The translations under genes were made by a program, and so were the position numbers. This document shows, piece after piece, positions 23,601-34,905 of a stretch of 64,000 nt of DNA. The notes under the pieces were generated by a model, which searched no databases, was not told the origin of the DNA, and saw only the letters and a program-made list of their open reading frames with translations. Source of the DNA: Macrostomum lignano (Eukaryota); NCBI GenBank assembly GCA_002269645.1, contig NIVC01002078.1, forward strand, positions 83,409 to 147,408, written 5' to 3'. The first letter of the stretch is position 1, and every line of letters begins with the position of its first letter.

Positions 23601-26600
23601 CCGATAGTCAGTGTACATTGGGGTGAGGAGGGGAAGGAGAAAGCTGGCCGATAGTGTACATTGGGATGAGAGGGGGAGGAGAGAGCAGGCCGATAGTCAG
23701 TGTACATTGGGGTGAGAGGGGGGAAGAGAGAGCAGGCCGATAGTCAGTGTACTTGGGTTGAGAGGGGGGAGGAGAGGGCTGGCCAATAGCCAGTGTACAT
23801 TGGGGTGACCATTAACCAATGTAGATTTGCTGAGAAGGGTTTATTCACATGTACTTTTACTTAATGTACTTTACCTGATCAAACAGATAGGCATTTCCGT
23901 GACTACTAGCAGACGGGGAGGCCTTCTTCTTAGATTTGCGCCTCACCCTGGACAATTCATCGGAGAACAAGGCCGGCTGCGGCACAGGAGCCTGACTAAA
24001 CATACAATTGAGCAGGTGACACACCGCGGTAGCCAGATTGGTGGCTTCAACACCGGCCATTAGGCGGCGCCAGACGTGTTTGATAGACCTGACCAGCAGC
24101 TGTTGAATAGCCAATGGGAACAGATAGACGCTGGCCCGTTCGGCAGCGGACTCAGCTGGACTATTAGGAGTCTGCTGCTGCTTCTGGGCGGACAGATCGG
24201 TCTGCAAACGGTTGATGAAAAAGCCTAGGTAGCGCAGGTTGACGCCGTGAGAGTGGAAGGCCCGAGCTAGGGCCGGCCCGTCAGCTGGGGCGGTGGAGTG
24301 GGTGGCCAGCTCGTGAATTAGCAGCGGAATCTGATGGGCCAACAGAAAGTTGGAGGCTTCGTACAGCAGGTCGACATCAGACTGCAGCTCCGTGCTGGCG
24401 TAGTCCGATGAGAAACGGACTGATAGTCTGTAATGAGAGTTGTGAAATTGGTTATGTGAGCGCATTGTAAGTGTGAGAGCGTGCACAACTATGAGTGTGT
24501 GTACATTGGGGGTGGAGGTTTGTACGGAGCCTGTGTACATTGGGGATAGAGGTTGGTTAAGAGCCTGTGTACATTGGAGGTAGAGGTTTGTTAGGAGCCT
24601 GTGTACATTGGGGGTAGAGGTTTGTTCGGAGACTGTGTACATTGGGGGTAGAGGTTGGTTAAGAGCCTTTGTACATTGGGTTGGGGGTACAGGTTAGTTA
24701 AGAGCCTGTGTACGTTGGGGGTAGAGGTTGGTTAAGAGCCTGTGTACATTGGGGGTGAAGTTGGCTCAGAGCTTTTGTACATTGTGGCAACGGATTTCTT
24801 TCTTAACTTGTAGATCAGGGAAGAGATTAAGCAAAGGTGGATGTTTATCGGTGGTAATTTAGGACGGTTGGCTTATAGACATTTCGCCAAAGACTACGGT
24901 AAAGTACATTAGGTAAGATTCAGATAAAATCCTACCTAGTCAAAGTGACGTCAGTATTAAATAATGGCAATTGTCCCCTGGCTTCAGCAAAAGCCTGCAA
25001 CAACTCGGGCCGTAGGGTGGCCAGCCTGTGCGGATGCTGTAGCGGAAACGGGGCTGGCAGACGCAGCTCCTCATTGCTTGGCGTCAACGGCAAATCTTTG
25101 GAATCGGCCAGGAAAGCGACGTCTGGCGGAAACAGGCGCAACAGGTCGAGAAAGTACAGGCGACCGTCGGAGCCGCGGATGCCTTTGCACTCGACACTGG
25201 TGTGGAATAAGCGCGGCTTGTCGGACTCGTCCAGGACCGAGTGCGGCTTGGACATCAGGACCCGGTGCAGGGACTGCAGCAGCTCGCTGAACCTGCCGGA
25301 TGACAATTTCAAGGGGATGAAAAAGGTTAACGCTGTTATATCGAACTGTGTCCAACTGTGAAGATTACCACTCGATTATGCCTGGATGAAAAGGGCACTC
25401 TTACACTTGGATGAGAAGGGCACTCTCACACCTGGATGAGAAGGGCACTCTTACACCTGGAATGGAAGGGCACCCGCAGACTTACACTTGGGGGAGAAGG
25501 GCACTCTTACACCTGGATGAAAAAGGCACTCTTACACCTGGGGGAGAAGGGCACTCTTACACCTGGGGGAGAAGGGCACTCTTCACCTGGGGAAGGGCAC
25601 TTTTACACCTGTGGGGAGAATAGCACTCTTACACCTGGGGGAGAAGGGCACTCTTACACCTGGATGAAAAAGGCACTCTTACACCTGGGGAAGAAGGGCA
25701 CTCTTACACCTGGGGGAGAAGGGCACTCTTACACCTGGGGGAGAAGGGCACTCTTCACCTGGGGAAGGGCACTTTTACACCTGTGGGGAGAATAGCACTC
25801 TTACACCTGGGGGAGAAGGGCACTCTTACACCTGGGGGAGAAGGGCACTCTTACACCTGGGGGAGAAGGACACTCTTACACCTGGGGGAGAAGGGCACTC
25901 TTACACCTGGCCTGGGGGAGAAGGGCACTCTTACACCTGGGGGAGAAGGGCACTCTTACACCTGGGGGAGAAGGGCACTCTTACACCTGGGGGAGAAGGG
26001 CACTCTTACACCTGGGGGAGAAGGGCACTCTTACACCTGGCCTGGGGGAGAAGGGCACTCTTACACCTGGGGGAGAAGGGCACTCTTACACCTGGGGGAG
26101 AAGGGCACTCTTACACCTGGCCTGGGGGAGAAGGGCACTCTTACACCTGGGGGAGAAGGGCACTCTTACACCTGGGGGAAAGGGGAGTGTAAAGTGGCCG
26201 ACAAACTCACTTCTCATCTGTAACTATAGTTTTTCCAAAATCAACGGAGCCGTGAATAACCGCCTGCTCCTGATCTTTGTCCAACAATCCGGGTACAATG
26301 CTCTGCACGGTGACGCGAACTCCGCGATAATCAACTAGCACGGTGCCAAGACAGTGCAGCTGATTGTGATCAAGATTGCGCACCGCTCGAACGCCTCGCA
26401 AATCGGCAGAGGTGGCAGCAAGAGCAGCGGAATCGCCGCCAATATCGGCGTAATGTCCTTTCACATCGTAGCCTAAGCTGAGGAACAGGTTGTTCCAGAT
26501 GTACATTCGCTGAGTAGGCGGATCAACGGGATTAATGGCGGGCACGTGACCGTCAAGCACAGCAACGGCGGCCCGAGAAGCAGCGGCAACTAAATCCGAG

Positions 26601-29600
26601 TTAGCTTTAAAGCTGGCCCGTTCGCGAATAACTCGATTAGCCAGTAGTTTAGCTGGCAACTCTTTTGTGCACTGCAGCTCTTCGTTCCATTCGCGCGTTT
26701 GCCCTGTTGATGAATTAAGAAAACTAATGTTTGCTACTTGCTACTAATTCAGTATACATACGGGAAAATGTAATTATTTTTCGATTAAGAAAACTGTATA
26801 TATATTATTCTAATTAATAAAAGCACGCTCGTACGAATAAGAACAAGAAATATCCGCAATCAGGCTTAATTAATATCTATTTTTAGATATTTCGTATTTC
26901 ACAGCAGATTTTCAGCAGAGAAGAAAGAAAAAGTGCCCAGTGTCCACACTAAGCGAGGATTATATAGTTCAGCCCTATATTGTACATGAGAAACAGTATA
27001 CAAAGGCTCATCTAACCAAAATAATTTCGCATCAAGATAAAAATCTTAAGTCCGAGAAGGCAGAGCTTCCCAGAAGAATAATAATATTTTTCTTTCTACT
27101 GCCCGCGTCTCAAGACTCAAGAGAGGGAAAGCGAACAAATTAGAATCTTTTTTTCTCTCCAAAATTGCACTAGGAGAAATATGCAACAAAAAAGTGATTA
27201 AGTTGCTACAGAGCGGGAGAAAGCCCGCAAACACCTGGGACTGATTTTTTAAATGAAAGCAAGCAAATAACAAATTTGCCAGATGGGACAGTGATAAACC
27301 TGGCCTTACCGTAAACCAAGTAGGAATGCGAAATTTATCCTCTTTCTAGGAATCCTCACGGTTTTCAATTGCTTGTAAATAATTGCTTGCTCATATTCCC
27401 ATAGACTCAAGTACAAATAAAAATCCCATATTCCCATAGACTAAGGTACAAACAAAAAAACCATATTCCCATAGACTCAGGTACAAACAAAAAACTCATA
27501 TTCCCATAGACTCACGTACAAATAAAAATCCCATATTCCCATAGACTCAGGTACAAATAAAAATCCCATATTCCCATAGACTCAGGTACAAATAAAAATC
27601 CCATATTTCCATAGACTCAGGTACAAACAAAAAACCCATATTCCCATAGACTCAGGTACAAACAAAAAACCCATATTCCCATAGACTCAGGTACAAACAA
27701 AAAACCCATATTCCCATAGACTCAGGTACAAACAAAAAAACCATATTCCCATAGACTCAGGTACAAACAAAAAACCCATATTCCCATAGACTCACGTACA
27801 AATAAAAATCCCATATTCCTACATGTAGATGGGAATATAGCAAACTTGAACAAACTAAAAATCTCTGTCTCACAGCCACACGGCGTTAACGTTGAATATG
27901 AAAGCATACTTGAGGTCGGTCGGTTTGAAGCTACTTCCCTGTTTTTAAGGCTTCCCCAGAAATTCCCAGACCTGTTCAACAATCCCTAAAAAGCGGTCAG
28001 TGACGCACTGAAACAGTAGAACTCACCAGGCAGCGCTTCCTCCCATCCAAGCCGGCCGCCGGCCCATTCCTCTTTAGCCAGCGAGTCTCTAGTCTGCTCA
28101 AGTATCGGGCTAAGCCAAGAATAAACCTGATAGGGAGCCGGCGCGCGCTCAATCGGATGCTTGGCAGCGCGCACTTTCAATAGTAGATCCCAGTTGCGCT
28201 TGAAACCGTTGGACAGATGACGGCAAAGATCCACTAGCGAGTGGAATAGCAGCAGAGGTTGGCTAGGCCTGGGATCGAACACGGTCTCTGTGCACCGGTT
28301 CAGGTAGAAACCGCGCGGCGAGCCCGTGATATGGAACACCTGCGATAAAGAGGGTTTAGTAAAGGAAGGGATTATTCCAGTTTTATTATAAGCCACTTTA
28401 CAGGCGAGCCGAAAGGGGTATCCTTCAGGGCTGTTCAGGGGAATCTTTGGGGCTGTTTAAGGGAAATCTTCAGGGCTGTTAAGTGGAAATCTTCGGGGCA
28501 GTTTAGGGGAAATTTTTAGGGCTGTTCAGGGGAAATCTTCAGGGCTGTTGAAGGGAAATCTTCAGGCTGTTAAGGGGAAACTTTTAGGGCTGTTTAAGGG
28601 AAATCTTCAGGCTGTTAAGGGGAAACTTTTAGGGCTGTTTAAGGGAAATCTTCAGGCTGTTAAGGGGAAACTTTTAGGGCTGTTTAAGGGAAATCTTCAG
28701 GCTGTTAAGGGGAAATCTTCAGGGCTGTTTAAGGGAAATCTTCAGGCTGTTAAGGGGAAACTTTTAGGGCTGTTTAAGGGAAATCTTCAGGGCTGTTAAG
28801 GGAAAATCTTCAGGGCTGTTTAAGGGAAATCTTCAGGCTGTTAAGGGGAAACTTTTAGGGCTGTTTAAGGGAAATCTTCAGGGCTGTTTAGGGAAAATCT
28901 TCAGGGCTGCTTAGGGGAAACCTTCAGGGCTGTTCAGGGGAAATCTTCAGGGCTGTTCAGGAGAAATCTTCAGGGCTGCTTAGGGGAAATCTTCAGGGCT
29001 GTTCAGGAGAAATCTTCAGGGCTGTTCAGGGAAAATCTTCAGGGCTGTTTAGGGGAAATCTTCAGGCTGTTAAGGGGAAACTTTTAGGGCTGTTTAAGGG
29101 AAATCTTCAGGCTGTTAAGGGGAAACTTTCAGGGCTGTTTAAGGGAAATCTTCAGGCTGTTAAGGGGAAACTTTCAGTGCTGTTGAAGGGAAATCTTCAG
29201 GGCTGTTTAGGGAAAAGTTTCAGGGCTGCTTAGGGGAAACCTTCAGGGCTGTTCAGGGGAAATCTTCAGGGCTGTTCAGGGAAAATCTTCAGGGCTGTTT
29301 AGAGGAAACCTTTAGGAATGTTGAGGAGAGATCTTTAGGGCTGCTATCTTAGACAGAATTTACATTATTTAGACAATATTAAGCAGGGAAAAGAAAAATT
29401 CGCAAGCACACCTTATCCTCCAGGGAGTGAAAGCAGACGTAGATAAAATCGCCATGCAATTTTCTATTGGGGGGCGGCGGATGCCACTGACTAAAAGACA
29501 GGCCGCCATTTGACACGCAGATTGGCGGCTTGCCAGTGAGGCTCAGCGGATGCAGCGGCATTACAGGCAGGTCGTGCGAGCCAGGCAAAGCGTAATCTGG

Positions 29601-31626
29601 CGGTTCGAATGGCGATTTGGCACCCCCACCGCTGGCGCCGGAATTGGCGCCGCCGCCTGATGACGAGTTGGCGCCTGAAGAATTGGCGCCGCCACTGTTG
29701 CCGCCCCCATTTTTATCCTGACGACTCTTATCCGAGCCGTTGCCGCCGCCGATGCCGCCAATACTGGTCACAGAGCCAGGCGGTCGCGGCGACAACAAAG
29801 AGTTCTGAGTGACGGCATTAACAAAGCTTAGCGACATCTGTTCGCGGCCAAGATAGGCGTCGATTGGTTCGGTTGACCGTAGAATGTCTTGGATGTGGCG
29901 CAGGTGACTCTTGGCCTCTTTAACGTTGTACATCTCTAGAGTTGGATTGATTTTTTTGGGGGGGGGGGGTTATAAGTATCAGCTTTTGCAGCTATTGGGA
30001 CTGGCTGTGGGTATTAGACTATACTATGGGCTATTATGTGGCCAAGTGACTATTAGGTAAAGGGCTATTACGTTGCTGTGGCTATTAGGCTATAGGCTAT
30101 TTGTGTCTGTGGCCATTTGTTTATGAGCTATTATGTGGCTGTGGCTATCAGGCTATGAGCTATTATCTGGCTATGGCTATTAGGCTATGAGCTATTATGT
30201 GGCTATGGCTATTAGGCTATGAGCTATTACGTGGCTATGGCTATTAGGCTATGAGCTATTATGTGGCTATGGCTATTAGGCTATGAGCTATTATGTGGCT
30301 GTGACTATCAGGCTATGGGCTATTATGTGGCTGTGACTATTAGGCTATGGGCTATTATGTGGCTATGTGACTATCAGGCTATGGGCTATTATGTGGCTAT
30401 GGCTATTAGGCTATGAGCTATTATGTGGCTATGTGACTATCAGGCTATGGGCTATTATGTGGCTGTGACTATTAGGCTATGGGCTATTATGTGGCTATGT
30501 GACTATCAGGCTATGGGCTATTATGTGGCTGTTAGCTATCAGGCTATGGGCTATTCTGTGGCTGTGGCTTTTAGTTTTTGGGCTATTATGTGGCTGTGGC
30601 TTTTAGTTTTTGGGCTATTATGTGGCTGTGGTTATTAGGCTAAGAGCTATTATGTGGCTGTGGTTATTAGGCTAAGAGCTATTATGTGGCTTTGACTATT
30701 AGGCTATGGGCTATTATGTGGCTGTAGCTATCAGGCTATGGGCTATTATGTGGCTGTGGCTTTTAGTTTATGGGCTATTATGTGGCTGTGGCTATTAGGC
30801 AATAAGCTACAGCAACGCCTACGGTACAGGGACCCGCATTTTTGGCGAAAAACTAAGCTGTATAGCGTTAGATATTTTCTGAAATCGATCACACACATAC
30901 CTACCTACCGACAAACCATTTTATTATGGATATAGATAATATAGAGCATACATCCACAACACTTGACTGGCGACTGGCGAGGGGCCCACGCCAAAGCAAG
31001 TTGCAAAAATACAATGCTCACCCGAAAGAATACAGGCGTAGTACTAATTAGATGACGAGGCATTCAGCCTTAATAATAGTCATATTTAGTCTCAGAAATA
31101 TCGTCTAAAAGGATTAAGGCGCCTCAACTGCAAAAAAGAGATTAATAGGCTTACCTTCCACAATTCGAATGCTGCAACCCTCAGCGAGTTCTGGCACATT
31201 TTTCAGTTCAACAAAGTTATCCAACTGCTTTCCAGCCAGACTCAGGCTGAAGCAGGTTCTGTGACAGCAGTCCTCGCGGTCTGTCAGGATCTGGTGAATC
31301 TCTTGCACCAATTCCTGAGAGCTAACGTGCATGCTAAACGACTCTCCGCTTGGCGGTACAAAACTGACGGAGAATTGAAACTCCTTCTCCTTGGACGCAG
31401 AGTCCTCATCCTCGGCATTGGCGTCCTTAGCAACCGCTACTGCAGTTTCCGAGTCGCCGCCGTTGCTAGTTGCCGAATGGCCATTAATAGCGGCTGCCGC
31501 CGACTTCAATGAAGCGGATTTAGACGCGGTGGAATCCGATTCCAAATTGACACCGTTGCCATTAGCAACCGTGGCTGTCTCCTCTTGGTCGTGACCGTTG
31601 ACGCCGTCGCCGTTAAATTCCGGCAT
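20632..31626 (-). CDS. CLUH: Clustered mitochondria protein homolog (CLUH/clueless/Clu1), ~1358 aa. Exons 31626-31155, 29935-29412, 28339-28027, 26703-26211, 25292-24936, 24427-23875, 23097-22768, 22196-21588, 21057-20632
   Basis: CLU_N: [32 protein letters not shown] domain: [39 protein letters not shown]-like [32 protein letters not shown]. Also LHELA...[12 protein letters not shown] and the C-terminal TPR region ([19 protein letters not shown]). The exons sum to 4077 nt in frame, all with GT-AG junctions. Confidence 0.95.
21285..21560 (+). repeat. 27-bp minisatellite (CTCTGATCCTCTATCTTCCCCACTTCT-type), CLUH intron 8
   Basis: About 10 tandem copies. Confidence 0.9.
22370..22680 (+). repeat. 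~43-bp minisatellite (GGATTAACAGACTGATTCAATTGTTAATCTGTCAGTTTGAGAT), CLUH intron 7, interrupted by a 73-bp unique insert
   Basis: Tandem copies; the insert lies at 22526-22598. Confidence 0.85.
23150..23810 (+). repeat. ~45-bp G-rich minisatellite (GATAGTCAGTGTACATTGGGGTGAGGAGGGAGGAGAGAGCTAGCC), CLUH intron 6
   Basis: About 14 tandem copies. Confidence 0.9.
24490..24790 (+). repeat. ~33-bp minisatellite (TGTACATTGGGGGTAGAGGTTGGTTAAGAGCCT), CLUH intron 5
   Basis: About 9 tandem copies. Confidence 0.9.
25380..26180 (+). repeat. 26-bp minisatellite (GGGGGAGAAGGGCACTCTTACACCTG), CLUH intron 4
   Basis: About 30 tandem copies. Confidence 0.95.
27405..27820 (+). repeat. 35-bp minisatellite (ATTCCCATAGACTCAGGTACAAACAAAAAACCCAT), CLUH intron 3
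   Basis: About 12 tandem copies. Confidence 0.95.
28420..29345 (+). repeat. ~22-bp minisatellite (GGGAAATCTTCAGGGCTGTTTA and variants), CLUH intron 2
   Basis: About 40 tandem copies. Confidence 0.95.
29990..30800 (+). repeat. ~32-bp minisatellite (GGCTATTATGTGGCTGTGGCTATTAGGCTATG), CLUH intron 1
   Basis: About 25 degenerate tandem copies. Confidence 0.9.
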
Positions 31627-34600
31627 GACAAACTTAGAAACCTATTTGTTTTTGATATGCTGTATACGAGTCTTTCCTTTGATAGGTGATGGCTCTGAAT
31701 TTAAATGATGAGACTGTTTCTCTCCTAAAGCTGAAAGTAAAAAAGATAAGAAATTACATTTTGTAAACATTTGACATACTGAAAAAGCGATGTTTGATAC
31801 GAGCATTTCATCCTAACCGAAAGGGTAAGCGCATGAAAAGATATGGCCAGTAGAAAGGGTAGGAAGAGAGAGAAAGGGACCCAATGCAATGCCTGCAACA
31901 AACCAGTTTGTGCGGCTACCAAAAGAAATGCAGAAGAAACACAGGGCGGTCCACCAAAAAGGAAGTGAATGGACCAAAAGTCATATGCAAAACGCCTACA
32001 AAAAGGCACAGAATAGTTGTCACCAAGGGGTCAAGAGAGAAAGCAAGACAGAGGAACATTTGCTAGCTAAGAGCCTCATATGACTGCATGCTTGGTTGGT
32101 GGGAAGAGGTATCGTGGTCAGTGAAGCAGCGTGACACTAACCAATGAAAGTATACAGTAAACTGCAGGCATACCCTGTGTACTGTACCCAGCCTGACCCT
32201 AGCAACAGAACATATAGTTTCTTCTTGAATAAATAAACATAAACGTTACAATCAGACCCTTGTCAACTTTGGAGTGTTGTTAAAACAGATCTTTATATAC
32301 TTTCTCCTAGACAAATTTAAACCGCGACATTGCGTCACATCACATGACTAGAGACAGTTTGCAAACTTCGGCCCGCGAAGCCTCTTTATCCGGCCTTCGG
32401 GTCCTTTAATACTTAACAATACCAACACGACCCGCTTAAAAGCACACGTCTCTTCTCAGCTCTCAGCTCTTTTCTCTCCCCCCTCTCCTCTGCTGTTTCC
32501 TCTACTCTCTTCTCCTTCATCCCATCTCTCCTCTATTCTTCCTCTTAACTCTTCTCATATTTTCCCTCTCTCTCCCCTCTTCCCATTCCTTTTCTCTCTC
32601 ATCTAGCCCGCAGGCATAAGCTAGAATAGATTACTTATCTGACCCTTCAAGTAGAAAAGTTTGCCCAGCCTGTCCCAGAATTACCACGTGACTTTTACAC
32701 CGAAGTATTTTAAAGGCACACACCCACCAACAAAATTTGAAAGCCTTGCTAGCATGGAAATTTGCTGGAAAAACACTTAATTAATGAGAAATACAGTACT
32801 GCACGTGAACTGTACTGCACTGGAATCAGGGTCAGGTTTGTGTCATTGAAAACAAAGTAATTCAACTAACCAGCTAGCTAATCTAGTCATACCGTTTTTA
32901 TCTAATCAACTAACAGAAAAACCTTTGGACTTTCGACTGGAACTAGCGCTTACCCTGGAATTCTCTAGCTTAGTCAAGTTAAGAAGCAATCCAATTTGTA
33001 CGACCGCAGCTTCTATAGTAATTTGCAACTGTTTCAGACGTAGGACAAACGTAATTAACGGACTAGCTGAGCTCTGTTGCGATATATATGTATATATTCT
33101 ATATTCTATCCTGCAATACAAAAGGGGCAAAGGTGGAATTTCTAAAAATGTGTAACTCATGACCGGTTTAGACTGTAAACGTACCCGTCTATATTTTATA
33201 ATGCTAAATAAATCATTCTGTGTGAGATGTCGATACGTCCTGTCAATCATTCTGAGCTGTATGGTTTTCAATTGCATTGGTTAGTGCATTATGAACAAGA
33301 ATGAGCTAATGGGCAAAATGATGTCCGCGAGGAATACCATTGACATTATCGCTATCATTATAATATACTGACTGACCTAGCAGTGTACCCTATACAAAAG
33401 GAATGTGATAAAAATTCTTTCACCTCTTAAAACTCAGATATTTAGTCAGTTTTCAGCCAGCCGACAGAACGGAAAAAAGTTCAGGAAATGCGGGAAATAA
33501 AGCTAAGAGAAAAAGAGAGGGCATCGTATATGGGAATGTGGAAAGAATAGTGTAAGTAAGTAGTATTATGAACAGTTTATAAATAGCAAAGATTGACTTT
33601 TTGGAAGGCAGACCATGGCGAGAGGGAGGGAAATAAACAGGGAAAAAAGTAAATGTATGTGAAAAAAATGCGGTCACACATAGTAACAAACACAAGTAGT
33701 GAGCGTAATGACGGGTATGCACATTCTGTACATGATATTACGGGGGATAGAAACGAAGCAAACCCTCTGCTGCAGGCTGCAGCAATGCATCATGGATACG
33801 CTGTATCAGTATGCGAAAGCACTGCATGGATTTCTGCCCATCTATGATAGTCAATTCTTGGGTAACTTAGATTTGTGAGGCGAAAAGGTCTATAAACGGT
33901 CTTCCTCATTTTTTCAAACGAGGGAGGGCAATTTCCAGAATTCTCAAGCCGACAAAAAAGAGCTACCACTTTGGGGAGTGAAAATGCAATGAGGCTAACG
34001 ACTGTTATGCTTAGTCATATTAGTTAGCCTCTGTACAGCAACAGAGGGAGCAGAGAGAAACACGTGACGCATAGGTTAGACTATTTCAAGGGAAATCTTT
34101 AGGCGCTGCTTATAAAAGGCAGCTACAGTTTACCTATATAGACTTCGAGACAGGCACTGGCATATGATGCGTACTACTTGCTTTTCACCCTCACAGTCAG
34201 TCAGCCAGCAAGCAAAACGAGAAGAAACAGAGGCTATTTGGTTAAAAAAATCTGCAGAAGGGAATAGGCCCGGAGATCGGCACACCACGTCATTAATAGC
34301 TTCTTCCTGACGATTACGTAAGAGACAACTGTACATGCTGCGCATGTCTTTGCAGCAGGATGAGTGCAGCTGCTTGCAGTTGTTACACAATCATCTTCGA
34401 ATCATTATGGACGCGATGTGTGACGCAATAATCGCAAAGGGTTAATCATTCGAGCGTTGACGCAAGCGGAACATTAGCTCCTTAGATCAGTAGCACAAAG
34501 GGCTACAGACAGAGACGAAGTTTTGAAAGATCTAGTAATATATGCAATTGTAACTCTACTAGTCTACCGCCTATTTTCATACAGAACCCTAAATTTAAGC

Positions 34601-34644
34601 AGCATCGCCGTTAGTTAGTTAAAGAAAAACTGAAGCTTCAGCTG

Positions 34645-34905
34645 CAGGGGCGGATTTAGGGGGGGGGGCGCCCCCCCCCCAAAATAGCTTGACAGAACAT
34701 ATTGCGCCCCCCAAAAAACTAAGTTTGCGCCCCCTAAACAAGATTTTTCGCCCCAAACACCTTTTTTGCGCCCCTAAGCTTGACTTTTCGTCCCCTACAC
34801 GCAATTTTTTGCGCCCCCTAGCTTAAAAATTGGCGCCCCTTATACTCGTGTTGGCGCTTCTTATACTCGTGTTAGCGCCCCAAACTTGGACCGCCCCCCC
34901 CCCAA
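34645..34905 (+). mobile_element. Truncated GC-tract MITE (CAGGGGCGGATTTAG terminus, internal GCGCCCC repeats)
   Basis: The left end resembles the CAGGGGCG-type TIR of the 38980 element. No right TIR found. Confidence 0.5.

Noticed and set aside
32350-32410. hAT/Charlie-like terminal motif (GCAAACTTCGGCCCGCG...TCCGGCC)
   Set aside because: Too short and degenerate, with no matching opposite end.
34130-34390. 86-aa Cys-containing minus-strand ORF (CNNCKQLH...CEGEKQVVRIICQC)
   Set aside because: Starts at TTG directly after an in-frame stop, has no usable acceptor in phase and no recognisable family. Unresolved rather than disproved.
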